Assembly: GCA_965649825.1 (NCBI GenBank)
Contig: OZ287698.1
Coordinates: forward strand, 1,193,949 to 1,257,948
Reading direction: 5' to 3'
Source of the DNA: Penicillus capitatus
Taxonomy: Eukaryota > Plantae > Chlorophyta
DNA: 64,000 bases
This document shows, one piece after another, positions 39,080 through 51,751 of the stretch. Both the position numbers and the translations under genes were made by a program. The notes under the pieces were generated by a model, which was given only the letters and a program-made list of their open reading frames with translations, was not told the origin of the DNA and made no database searches. The first letter of the stretch is position 1; each line of letters opens with the position of its first letter.

Positions 39080-39380
39080 AAGCTTTGAGCTATACAGGGG
39101 TGTCAACAATGTGCGTTTTCTGCTGATTCGATTAGGCACCGATTCTGTAATAAGATTTGGTTCGATAAAAACAGCCGCCATTGCCATGGTAGTGAATGAC
39201 AGCGTCAGTACAGCTGTCAATGGAGGTCACCTTGCTTCGCTTGGGCCTGTGAAAGAATGGCGCGATTCTGACAAAACTATGATGGGACGTCTATGTAATA
39301 GTGACATTTCTGTCACTTAGCGCTTGTCGCGTCTTTGGCTATGCGACGTAACCATCACCGCTGAGTCGCCGACAAGTCGT

Positions 39381-39491
39381 GATGACGGGGAGTGAGTTCC
39401 TGTGAAGTTCCTAGGAAACTTCTAGAATTTCATATTAAATTTCCTAGTCTCATTGTGGATCTCATTGCGAACTCACTCTTGAAGTTCATCG
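39381..39491. repeat. Nested imperfect inverted repeat (possible MITE relic or hairpin)
   Basis: GAGTGAGTTC (39390-39399) pairs with GAACTCACTC (39469-39478). Inner CTAGGAAA (39411-39418) pairs with TTTCCTAG (39440-39447). Outer GATGA pairs with TCATC. Confidence 0.5.
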
Positions 39492-39891
39492 GTTTTTCCT
39501 CTCGTCACATCAGGGGCTGAGTATTGAAGCGGGTTCAGACACATAAAATCATCTCTCCTTGGACACCTGAGTTTCTATTGTCATTTGTGAATCGTATACA
39601 ATATGTTTCTGTCTTACAAAACATTCGCTGTCTATCATCGTTGTAACGAGCTGTCTCTTTGCTGCAAGAGATTGATGAGTATGGGACAGATCCTCCATTT
39701 GTTCAGCAGCCTTCTAGGACGCCATTTTTACCAGTTACTGCACAAAGTTGCGTTCCCAAATACCATCTGGACAGGGTTTTGAACCCGGTGGATTTTCTAC
39801 GGAGAAAACCTGTCGATTGTGTGAATGCAGCATGATCTGTGTGAAGGGTTGAGAGTAGATGATGGTTCTTTTCGGTAATAAATGCGTATCT

Positions 39892-42783
39892 TTACAAACA
39901 AGCCAACAATTGGGCAACGTGCGCATCAAGCGTTCTGCGTTTTAGCTTGTATTGTTCCTTTAGCTTTTCGAGTTTTTCGGGAGGCTTGAGAGGAACGCAG
40001 GCTGTCTTTTCTGTCACCCTTGTCACGACCGTTGCATCCTCTGCACAGAAAGAAACCAAATATAGATCTGTCAGAGACCATATCTGATAGGCCCTGAGAT
40101 GTGACAGCGTGCCAAAAGGGTCAATCGGTATGAGAATGAACGACACAGAGGTGTCGAGCATCTCTGTCCTGGCATCAATGCACACAAGTGCTCTTGACCG
40201 ATCTCCAGGCAAGACAAACGCTTCTATGTCGTAGAGATCTCCTTGCCCGAGATCAGTGAAGTGTGAGACAGGTGTCCTTGGGATGAAGTGAACAGAGAGA
40301 TTGGCAGGCAGCTGCGCCACAGACGAGATCTTGTCGAAATAAGAGTGTTTTCCAGCATGCAATGTCTGGCAGTCCTGTGAAGCATCGAGATCCAGGTCTC
40401 TAAATTCGTAAACATCTCCCTCGCGAAAGGCATGACTCGATGGCGTTGTCCGAGTCCAGACCTGTGCAGGTAATGGCGATGCAGAAATGCGATCAGCAAT
40501 GACGATAAATTACGTGCAGGCAAGCTGGCTTTGATGAGGGATTTGTTGTTCGTGTGACCTCTGTCACGAGAAGAGTCAGTCGAGGGATCTCAAGTGGCAC
40601 CTTCGATTGCCCATCTTGTTTTAGTCGTTCGATCTCTTGTGCCACGTGCAACTCCATGGACTTCTCCCTTTCGATCTTGTAACTGGAAGCAGCGTGCGCG
40701 ATCAGAGAAACAGAAAATGCCTCACCTGGCTAATTCTTCGCGTCTCGCGGCAGTCAACTCCGTCGGTTCACTCTCCGAGATGTAACACTCGGCATAGAGA
40801 AGTTCGATGGGATCGACATAATCGCCAGCGCGTTTTTTCTGAAGGACCGCTTTGAAGTATTTCCTCTCTTCCTCTTGCACGATCTCTTGAGCTGTCGATT
40901 GGATTCGATTCATCTCCTTTTCGTACTCTTCGAGCCTTTGCTGATGTTGCTTCATTGTCAAGTACTCCCAACAGCCGTTTGGCCCTCTGTGCTGAAAAAG
41001 CACTGGATACCGTCGGTAAACGCAGAGCCACGTTATTGCGACAGGACCACCGTGTGCGTGTATAGAACTGAGCGGGAGGAAGAAAGATCCTGTCGCGGCA
41101 GGACCAATGGGAGTATCTCTAGCGACTGGAACGCACGAATTCGACAGAATCTGAGTCTCCAAAGCTCCTGATGTCACGCGTTGGACGGCAAGATGGCCCA
41201 CAAAGAGCAATGACCCGATCACAATCTCCTCCATTTGACATTTCTCCCGTAACTGCTCATCGATCTCAGCCACGAGGAGACTCCAGCCATCACTCATCTC
41301 GACTCTCTCAGCTCCAGGAGAGTCGCCAGGGTGGATATCCGCTACAAGTAGTACAGCAGATTTGACAGCTCCCGAATCTGCCAGATCTTTCAGTATGGAG
41401 AAGCTCTTTGCGCCACTCTTTTCTGCAGAAAAGCGGTATTTTAGTTCCAGGAATACATTGTCTGCCGTCAGAGCAGTTGTTTCTTCAGTCATGAAACCAG
41501 AAAGGCGCCAAACGATCCACTGATATTGTCTTTTGACCCATTGAAGCGTTGGCCTCATGCCTAGATCGATCATTGCTCCGTACATGCTCAACGTACTGGC
41601 TCCGCTGTTGAACACATGGGCTGCTGCCTTCTTTGGACACATCACTCTCGAAGCATCGAACGGCTCCAGTAACAGCTTCTCGAGGGGAGATTCTTCTTTG
41701 ACTTCTGATGCATCCTGTGTAGGCAATGAATGCACAGGACGCCATCCTCTATACACCATTCTCACTAAAAGCCACAGCAGAAGTGATCTCACTTGCTGCA
41801 CCGACGTCCGAGGCGACGCTGTTCCATGACAGCACCCAGAGTCACCCGTCGGTCATGCAGACTGTCCCTGTCCGACCCCTTTGTGGAAACAAGGTCATTC
41901 TCCTGACGCTTCCATTCTGAGAATGTCGATCTTCGGTTCAAAGGTGCGATGTGATTTGAAATGTTCCCAGTTGATGACCGTGGAGGAATCGTCATCGAGG
42001 AGATGCTGCTTGTACTCTCACGTTTTGATGGCACTGTGAACTTAGACCCTTTGGTGCGGGGGAGTTTGAAACCCGTCGGATGACTATTTTCTGAAGGTCG
42101 CTTTCTTTTTGCGTCGATCGCTGCCTTTGCATCCAGTTCTTCTTCTTCTTCATCAAAACACAGTTTCTTTACAGCTTCTATGGCTTCTTTCGAAATCTGA
42201 ATCGTCGAGCCGCGAGCAGAAGTGAATCCACTGCTGACCAAACTGCGCGACATCGTTGTCTCTTCGACACCGCCCTGTTCCCTCTTCATACCAGATGTTT
42301 GTTTCTGTTCATTGGGTGCATCCATTTTCTTTTCCTTCTGCGAAGATTTCTGCGGAGTCGCTCTTTTTGTCACTTTGTTTATCACTTCCCCTATCTCACT
42401 CTTTCCGGATTCTTTGAAATCTTTACCCCTGCCCGAAGGACGCGGCTTTGCCGGAAGGGTCAATTGTGGCCGAGATCGTGTCCTTGTTGCATTTCCTTGG
42501 ATCGTCTTCTTCTCGAGCGCGCTCATCGACGATCGCTGCAAAGCTTCATCCTTTTCTACACACAATCCCCACCCACTTATGTCTCCAAATGCAAGTAAAG
42601 GGAACGTGTGATCGACGGTGTCGTCGCCTTAAGCGTTTGTGTCGTTATGCCCGTCGCCTCGTCAAACGTTAGCTGCTTCGCAGACGTCACCCGTCTTTCT
42701 TTGACTCCTACTCCTTTCGTATCTCCACCTCCTTCGCATTGCCCGGCATTTTTTGGATCGCGTCGTGCAACAAACGACTTCAT
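39892..42783 (-). CDS. BRCA2: BRCA2-like recombination mediator (one BRC repeat plus DNA-binding OB folds)
   Basis: BRC-like SGFTSARGSTIQISKEAIEAVKKLCF, helical/OB1 WVKRQYQWIVWRL...LELKYRF...VEMSDGWS, and OB2 PLSSIHAHGGPV...RRYPVLF. Introns restore one frame. Confidence 0.88.
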
Positions 42784-42875
42784 CAAGTATGCATGAAGCC
42801 CGTGACCAGAGTGTGGACAGCGTCGTTGTACGACACACCCTTGAGGACACGTGCGGCGCTTCGTTCTGCGTCATT

Positions 42876-44667
42876 ATGTCATTCCTCTTGGCGCTTCTCT
42901 GCTGCTCCGTCGTTCGCGGCGTCGCGTCCTATTCCTTCGAAGAGACTTTCGATGAAGGTTGGGAGAAACGCTGGGCTTCCTCGACAGATGAGAAGTACAA
43001 AGGCACATTCGCCGTCGAGACGTTGAAACCGGATGTCGCCCTCAAAGTCAAGACACCGTGACGCGCGGGAGATCTTGTAGCTGTGGTCGTCGCGTAGGTA
43101 CCGAAGAAAGCGTTACACTATGGCATGACGGCAAAACTGGCCGAAAGCATTGACCCGTCACTAGGCGTCATTGTGCAGTTCGAAGCAAAATACGCCAAAA
43201 CGCAGTCGTGTGCCGGCGCCTATCTAAAGTACTATAGTCACAACGAGGCATTTCAGCCAGCCGACATGAAAGATGATACTCCGTATACCATCATGTTCGG
43301 ACCCGATGTCTGCGGATCTTCGTCAAAGGTGGATCGTTTTGAATAAGAAAGTGTAGGGATCTGTCTGTCTTTTCGTCAGGTACATCTCATTTTGAATCAC
43401 AAGAATCCCAAATCAGGAGAGGTCCACGAAAAGCACCTTAAATCGCCGCCACGTGTCAAATCAGACAAAAAGACGCATGTCTATACGGCTGCCCTGAAAC
43501 CGGACAACACTTTTGAGTTGATGGTGGACGGTCATGTGGAAGCTGACGGCAGTCTCTTTGAAAAATTTGAGCCGCCCATTAATCCTCCTGCTGAGATTCC
43601 GGATCCTGACGATAAGAAACCTGCAGATTGGGTCGATGAAGAAAAGTAGGGCAGTACTTAAGATGCAGAGAGGGAACGGACGCTGTTTTGGACAGGATCG
43701 ATGATCCCAATGCAGTGAAGCCTGATAATTGGATCGATGAGGCGTTAATGGAAGACCCCGACGCGACAATGCCTGAAGGCTGGCTGCTAGACACACCAAG
43801 AGAGATTTCAGATCCAGATGCCGTGCAGCCAGAGGATTGGGATGCAGAAGAAGATGGCGAATGGCGTGCACCTCTGATTACCAATCCCTTATGCAAAGAC
43901 GCCCCGGGGTGCGGCGACTGGAAACGTCCAAAAAAGGCAAACCCAGATTACAAAGGCCCATGGAAAGCGCCCAAGATCGACAACCCTGCTTACAAGGCAA
44001 GCAATCGATATCATGGATGTGACTGCATTTGGTGAGATCATGATATGAGTAGGGTGAGTGGAAACAGGCGATGATTCCCAATCCCGATTTCTATGAAGAT
44101 CCGACACCGCTCAAGTCGATGGCGCCGATCGGCTTTGTGGGATTGGAGCTCTGGACAATGGACGACAACATCTTCTTCGACAGCATCCTCGTGACACAAG
44201 ACGCTGACCTCGCGGAAGCCTATCGCCAAAAATGGTCTGTCAGAAATGCCATCGAGAAGGAGGAGGAAGAAGAGGATTCGAAGAAGGCAAAGGCCGAAAG
44301 GGAAGAGGCCAAGAAGGGAGAGTCCACATTCTTTCTCCGCAGTCTTTTAGAGCATCCGGCGCTCTCGTCCATCGCTCCGCATGTCGAACCGGCGGTGCAG
44401 TTCTTGGAGAATCAACGGGAGAGCTTCTGGGTGTTTGTGTCCATCGTCTGCGCCTTGCTCTTCATGACACTCGTGAGAAAGTGTTTCCGTGGCGGGCGCC
44501 GTGGCAAGAAGGATGCAGCGGCTGAGCGCAAGAAGACGGATGTCTCGGAGCCGGACGACAAACCCAAATCCTCTGGGGAGGCCTCAACTGCCGCTGGAGA
44601 TGCCCAAGAGAGCGAAAGCGTCGATGAGGAACCTTCCACAAAACCTAAATCACACCGTTCAAATTGA
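42876..44667 (+). CDS. CNX: Calnexin; 4 introns
   Basis: Signal peptide, CAGAYLKY, YTIMFGPDVCG, IPDPDDKKPADW and DPDAVQPEDWDAEEDGEW repeats, GLELWTM, a TM helix and a charged tail. Confidence 0.96.
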
Positions 44668-44739
44668 TGGACGATATACACCGCACTGTTAATCTGCGCA
44701 GAAGCGCTTTCTGATTCGGGTCTTTAATTGGCGTTTGAA

Positions 44740-46062
44740 ATGCGATTCACTCAAAGCCGATGCTTGACGCGGCTCGCACCGGGAGGGACACACCCTTGTG
44801 TTCTTCGAGCAGTGCGCCCTCCGCGACCCCGGACCGTCACGAAATCGCGTTACACATCGTGCGGTGCTGCGCGTGAGATGACGACGGTGACTGATGCGTG
44901 AAGAGTGAAACGTTTCGGTCTTCTTATGGTTGATAGGTTCTCGAGACGCTGATTGAGAAGAAGGACTTGACGAGCGTTGAGACGAAAGAGGCGTTAGACG
45001 TAAGGCTAATCTCGATCGCTCATGAGACTGTTATGAAGATAAGCAGGCACTCATAAACGAGCCCGACGCTGCACAACTGGCTGCCTTTCTTGTGCTGTTG
45101 CGCGTCAAGGTACTCTAGGAACGAGCATTCCTCAATGGCCTATCCGCATTCTGATGTGCCGTCAGGGCGAAAGCCCATTTGAACTGGCAGGACTGGCCCA
45201 GTCGTTGCGAGAGAAGGCAGTGGAGGTCAAAGTACCCTACGATGTTCTCGACATCGTCGGGACAGGTGGCGATGGTATTGGCTCCATCAATATCTCGACG
45301 GGTGCCGCGATCCTCGCAGCAAGTGCAGGAGCGAAAGTGGCAAAGCATGGAAATCGCAGCGTCTCCAGTAAATGCGGATCAGCCGATGTGCTGGAAGCCT
45401 TAGGTATCGAGATCGATCTGGGACCCGAGGGCGTCGTCTCTTGTATCGACCAAGCAGGGATCGGATTTATGTTCGCCCCGCGATACAGTCCCCACATGAG
45501 ATCCATAAAATCTGTCCGGCAGAGTCTTAAACTGAGAACCGTGTTTAATATTCTTGGCCCCATGCTGAATCCTGCCAAGGCAAAGTATGCGTTGATTGGT
45601 GTCTACACGCCGACGCTGATGAAGACAATGGGCGACGCGCTGACGAATCTGTCTGTCAAGAAAACTCTCATTGTCCATTCTCTCGGACTGGATGAATTGA
45701 CGCCAATGGGACCTGCAGATGTGTTGGAAATCACTGAGAAACGCAGTGCCTCGTACACGGTGGATCCCAAGGATTTCGGCATACCGCGTTGCGAAGTGAA
45801 AGATTTACTGGGCGGCGATCGCGATGTCAATGCCCAGAAGCTTCTGGACGTGTTTGACGGATCCCGTGGCGCTGCCGCCGATGCCCTTAATCTGAACGCC
45901 GGTTTCGCCTTGGCCGCATGTGGATTAGTTTCGACCCCTCAAGAAGGCATTGCTCTCGCTCAAGAAGTCCAGCGCTCTGGCAAAGCGATGAACATTATTG
46001 AGAAGTGGAGAGTCGTGAGCCGAGATGAGAAAGCAAAAGAGATGTCCGTTACAGCAGCATGA
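44740..46062 (+). CDS. trpD: Anthranilate phosphoribosyltransferase, plastid-targeted; 3 introns
   Basis: Transit-peptide-like first exon, AAFLVLLRVKGE, LDIVGTGGDG, NISTGA, VAKHGNRSVSSKCGSADVLEALG, RTVFNILGPMLNP and GLDEL. Confidence 0.96.
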
Positions 46063-46285
46063 AAGCAATGTGCGTCTAGAGGGAAGCAATGGTGGAAGGG
46101 TTTAACCCTTTGATTAAGGAAACAGATGTTGTTAGGCTTCCATGCTGAAAACACCCCGTAGTTCCTAAGAAACTTGAGCAGTTTAAGAAACTTTCCCCGA
46201 CAACCAACTGAACGAACGAACAACCAGCCAACCAACCATTCGTCAGCAATTCTTGATCTCCAGTAGCATCTCACCACTTTCGAAG

Positions 46286-46768
46286 TCACAGTTCCCTCTC
46301 CAAGATCTCATTATTCTGTTCAGGATTTGCTGACATGGACCAACTGTGCTTGCGCCGAACGCAACGAAAAGAAATTGTGGGCTCTTGGGGTTCGTTTTCG
46401 GGCATTTTTGTCAGCGTAGCGATTTTGCCGTAGCGTGGCTGTTGCCCTTCAGGGGTAGGTATAAGTGAGAGTCTCTGTAAAGCGTCTGTCGTTTGCTGTT
46501 CTGCGACCGTCGTTTGCTTTGTCAAACAGATTTGCAATCGGCGCCGACGGCTGCGATCCGACAAGACGTCACCTGTCGCTGTGCGTTTCTTGCCCAATGC
46601 CAGCGCCGATTCTCCGTGCTCCGTCTTCCAAACCTCCGAGAGCTGCGGAAACGAACGCGACTTTGAGGGATAGTAACGTGACAGTCTGCCGCGTTTCGTC
46701 GGTTTCCACGCAGCTGTCTTCCCAGCAAGGCTGTTGAGTGCAAATTTCGATATCTCTTGTTCTGTCAT
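46286..46768 (-). CDS. OXS3 (oxidative stress 3)-family-like small protein
   Basis: 160-aa intronless ORF. KRGRLSRYYPSKSRSFPQLSEV resembles the OXS3 core as I recall it (KRGLSxxYxGKSKSFTSLxxV). Confidence 0.6.
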   Translation of the reverse strand: MTEQEISKFALNSLAGKTAAWKPTKRGRLSRYYPSKSRSFPQLSEVWKTEHGESALALGKKRTATGDVLSDRSRRRRLQICLTKQTTVAEQQTTDALQRLSLIPTPEGQQPRYGKIATLTKMPENEPQEPTISFRCVRRKHSWSMSANPEQNNEILEREL

Positions 46769-46962
46769 GTCTGATGCAGCAGGACTACGCGATCATATTC
46801 GACCAGAAAAGTCCAATGCTCGAGATGTGACAAACGGCTACGACAACGACGCGAAGAAGTAAATAGCACTAAGAGGGGGTCAACCCGCGTGTGAGCCACA
46901 TCAAGACAGCGATGATCGATGTGGAATGACGTGGCAAAAACGAGGCAATCAGCGAATTAGCC

Positions 46963-48246
46963 ATGACACTGGTAGGCGACGATCACGACGATGCCTACGA
47001 TGACGATCGAGACGACGATCTCGAGCAGCTGGTGAATGCCGTCGCCGCGCAGCAATCATTAAAAGCGTTGTGGTCATAACAGATGGAACGGAATCAGTAC
47101 CTCTCCCGGCAGAATTCGATTTTGACAAGTTTTCTCTACAGATGCGAAACGCCCAGCCAAGCTGTCATCGTTCGCTCTCTTTTACTAAGCTTACCTATAG
47201 ATGCTCACAGGAAAGTGTAAACGAGGCGCTACACTTGTCCGTGGAAGAAAAGAGTGACATTGTTAACGAAGAGATCGAATGGTTGCAGCTGCAGATGAAA
47301 GATGTCGACATTGTGGACCTTATCACTCCTCAAAGAATCCTCGTGGTCGATTAGGAGGCTGCTCGTGGAGAGGAAAAGCTACAAGCATTGAAGGACGCAC
47401 TGGAGGAATATGCGAATCAAGTCATCGATGTTCAGCACGATGCACAGGGCTTCGATCGTCACATCGTTCAAGGTGTTGTTCAAGCACATCTGCCTGTTTA
47501 TCAACGAAGGCAGAAGATTCTGAAGTGGCACAGACAGTGTCGCACGCATCTCTGTGATCAGCATCCAATGGCGCAGGTTCTTTTCGGATCGCGTACAGAA
47601 GAGAAAATCGGATCGTGAGAAGATCACACTGAGACTTGGCCAACAGCATCTCGTTATTAAAAAGCTGCAGAAGCTTGTGAGAGACATGGAATCGAGTGAG
47701 GCTGTACATATCGTGGATTTTGAGAAAATGAAGATCGAGAATCGTCAGCTGCTCGATCTCCTTCAGGAAAAGAATGAGGAACTTATGGAGCGAAAGCTTT
47801 CGACAGCTAAAGCCATTCAAGTGCGATCGGCATCGCTCGACGACTCTGCTGTATTCGCCTTCAGAAACTCAACGACGTGAAACGCGCTCTGTCGGAAGCG
47901 GAGCGCCAGAGGCAGGGGCTCGAGGACAGAAGGAGAGAGATGGCTAAAGATCGTGCAAAGTGTGACCTGCATTCCGCTGAGCTGCGGGAAAGGGAAGCCA
48001 AATTCAATCGGCAATTACAGCAGGCCATCATCCGAAACCGCGACCTGTGACCTCACTCTCTGCGCGTCATATGTTCCAAGAACTCGTCTCTCTGTGTTTA
48101 GCGACAAACCAGAGATCACTTCTTACATTCAATTGAAGGCAGAAGTCGATGGACTGCAGAAACAAGTGAACGAATGGCAACGGAAAGTGAACATCGCATC
48201 GTCGATGCGCAAGAAAACAAAGTCGTCTGCCGTTACTTCACAATGA
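46963..48246 (+). CDS. CCDC113: CCDC113/CCDC96-family (DUF4201) ciliary coiled-coil protein, closer to CCDC113
   Basis: LSVEEKSDIVNEEI, FDRHIVQG, VHIVDFEKMKIENRQ...KNEELM..KL and PEITSYIQLK...WQRKVNIA. Confidence 0.8.
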
Positions 48247-51200
48247 TGTTGATGATCCTGTCCGGGACAAAAATGACTTTCTGCACGTCCTTCCCCTCTA
48301 TAAACCTCTGAGTGAACTGTGCCTGGATGGCAACGGAGAAGGCAGTGTCTTCATCTGCCCCCTTGACCACTTTGACTGTTCCACGCTTTTTTCCGTTGAT
48401 CTGAACAGGCAGGTCGATGCTGGCAACCTGTAGATGAGTGTCCTTCCATTCTGGCCAAGGGACGTAGGATAGAGAATCGCCGTGGCCCATTCTCTCCCAG
48501 AGCTCCTCTGCCAGATGCGGTGCGTAGGGAGCCAGCAACAAAACGAAGGGTTCCATCAACGATCGTGGCTTTATCTTCCATTTCTGCGCGGCGTTGGCAA
48601 ATTCCATCATCGCAGAGATGGCTGTATTGAATCTCATTCCTTCGGTATCTTCTGTCACCTGTCCAGGGAGAAATGTCACGTCAGAGACCCTCCTATGTAT
48701 GCGGCTAGCACTTTTTTGATGGTGGAATGCAAAACAAAGAGCTGATCTGCTGTGGGATCGTTATCGACCATCTCCGATGCATAGATTCGATAGACACGTG
48801 CCAGAAATCGATGAACGCCTTCTACGTTGCCCGTATTCCACACCTGAACAAGAATCACTCTCCATTGCTGTATGTCTTAAAAGACAGAGGCCCTCTATTC
48901 ATTACCTTGGTGTCTGTGAGGGGACCCATGAACATTTCGTAGAGCCTCAGCGAATCGGCACCATATTGAAACACAATATCGTCTGGATTGATCACATTTC
49001 CGCGGCTCTTGCTCATCTTGAAAGAGCGAGCATAGACTGGAGCAGTTGGATCAGAAAGCAAAAGACAGTCAGATCCCTTTCGAATAATTTCTGATTCCGA
49101 CAGCCTGGGTATCCATCCATATAGGAGTACAGAAAGGCAGGAGGCAATTCAGTACCTCATGGCTGTTGAATGGGGGGTCCCTTCCTTCACGTAATGACCG
49201 TCTGCATCTTTGTATGCGATGTATTCCACTTCTCCCAGAATCATTCCTTGACTGACCAGCCTCTTGAACGGTTCCTTTGTGGACACCACGCCCAAATCAT
49301 AGAGAACCTGACATACAGTGGGTGCATCAGATTTAGGTTGATGACAGCACGATGTAGACTTTGTGCCAGAAACGTGCGTAGAGCAGGTGGAGAACGGCAT
49401 GTTCTGTACCACCTACATACAAATCGACCGGCATCCAGTACTTCTCGAGCTCCGGATCCACAAGGGCTTCGTTATTGGACGGATCGATGAATCGTAGATA
49501 ATACCAACACGATCCAGCCCACTGCGGCATCGTGGACGTTTCGCGCACGGCAGGTCGCTGCGTTCGGGAATCGAAGGTCTCGACCCAGTCTCTCCTATTG
49601 GCCAACGGCGAATCTGGAGTGCCACTTGGCCTGAAGTCATCGATGTCGGGCAAAACCAAGGGCAACTCTTCTTCAGGTATACCCACAGGAACCTAATGCA
49701 TGATCCATCCATGTCGTGTTGGCAGTTGGCATCGGAACCCACGTCTGATCCTTGAGGATAGATCAGTGGAAAAGGCTCACCCCAGTAACGCTGACGTGCA
49801 AAGAGCCAGTCCCTTAGTTTAAAGTTCACTCTCTTTTCGCCCAGATTCCTTTCCTTGAGCCATGCAATCATCTTATCGATAGCGACAGCACTCTCGCATC
49901 CATCCAGAGACAATCCGGTGTCGGGATTCGAAGAATGCACACAGATTCCACGATCTGCACGAACATACATCTCAGGATAACCCCTTGCAATGTGCCGGAC
50001 CTGTATAAGGCAGTTCTGGATCCGGGGAGGCAAGAGAGGGAGCGATGACAGATCGAATCGGCAGACGATGTCTCTGAGCAAAGTCAAAATCGCGATCGTC
50101 GTGTGCCGGAACTGCCATGATAGCACCACTTCCGTAGCTTCCCAGCACGTAATCTGCCACCCAAATCGGAATCTCTTCATTCGATGCAGGATTCACAGCA
50201 TAGGTTCCTCATCACAGCAACGCCACTTAGAATCACGTTCCCTGTGCCACACATAGGCAGACCTGTGAAGACACCGCTCTTCTCTTTCTGCAATTCCGTT
50301 CTCTCCAAATCTGATTTCCGAGCAGCCTGCTGCACGTATGCCGTCACAGCCTCTTTCTGATCCACAGATGTCAATCTCGTCAGGAGTTTGTGCTCTGGAG
50401 CCAGCACCAGGTACGTCGCTCCGAAGAGCGTATCCGGTCGCGTCGTAAAGACGATCAGTTTCAAGGCCTCGTCGTTGTCGGCAGCGTTGGCTGAAAATGT
50501 GATCTCGGCGCCCTGAAATGACAAAGTGATCGACGTCAGGGATGGAATGTGTTTCACTTCAGACCGTCCGATCCAATTCCGCTGCATATCTTTGATGCTC
50601 TGACTCCAATCCAGCTCATCCAAGTCCTCCAGCAAACGATCCGCGTATTCTGTAATTCTCAACATCCATTGCTTCATGGGGAGACGGATGACAGGATGAT
50701 CTCCTCGTTCACTCTTTCCGTCAATCACTTCTTCATTCGCCAGGACTGTCCCCAATGCAGGACACCAATTGACTGGCACTTCTGCCTGATAGGCCAAGCC
50801 GCGTTCAAAGAGCTTCAAAAAAATCCACTGCGTCCATCTGCCAGCGGTGCACAGTCAGTGACAAACGACGAAGCCCATCGCAGCAGCATGACTTGTAATA
50901 GGAAGGATCTGTGGTGGAGATTTCTCTGTCCCAGTCGTAAGAGAAGCCAAGAGACTGCAGCTGCTCTCTGAAACGTCTGATGTTCTTCTCTGTTGTCTCT
51001 CTTGGATGTGTGTTGGTCTAAGACGACAGGTCTGTTCTGAACGTGTCTGAGAGGTCGTTGTGCGAAGGGATGATACCTTTAAGGCATACTGCTCAGCAGG
51101 GAGACCAAAGGCATCCCATCCCATTGGATGGAGGACGTTGTAGCCTTGGGCGCGTTTGTACCGTGCCAAGATATCTGTCGCTGTGTAGCCTTCCGGATGC

Positions 51201-51671
51201 CCCACATGCAAACCCGATCCACTGATCGACAAAACGTTCGAGATCTCTCGGATCAAGTGTGATTGAAATGTGTGACCTTGGATATGGGAACATGTCGAGA
51301 ATGTAGTACTTAGGCTTCGATGTGTCTGGCTGTTGATCTGTTCGAAATGTCTTGTGCTGTGCCCAGTACTTTTGCCATTTCTGTTCGATCTCTGCAAAGG
51401 GATAGGCAGTGGACCGCGCTCTCTCTTTGACCGAAGGACTCTCTGTCTTCACAGAAGCGACTGTGTCTCCTTTGACCGAGGAATCCGCGTTCTCGTCGGT
51501 CTGTGTGACAGAATGGCTTTCAGTTGAGGAAGCTACATGACAAGTACGTCGCGTCGACAGGGCACGCGCGTCAGCTTCGCAGCGAGATTTCCAAACGGAA
51601 CATCGTCGACGCGTCGACGTATGGCCGCACAGCTGCGTGAGAGCTTTTCTCCGAGCAGTGCTGGCAAACAT
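48233..51671 (-). CDS. leuS: Leucine--tRNA ligase, bacterial-type organellar (plastid/mitochondrial)
   Basis: Targeting extension, [20 protein letters not shown] (HIGH motif), [88 protein letters not shown] and FNTAIS. Confidence 0.97.
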
Positions 51672-51751
51672 CGAAGCCCTGATCTCGTCGTTGTACGACA
51701 CACTCAGCAACGGTTAAGTGAAGGACGTTCGATAGACGAACGAGATGATGG

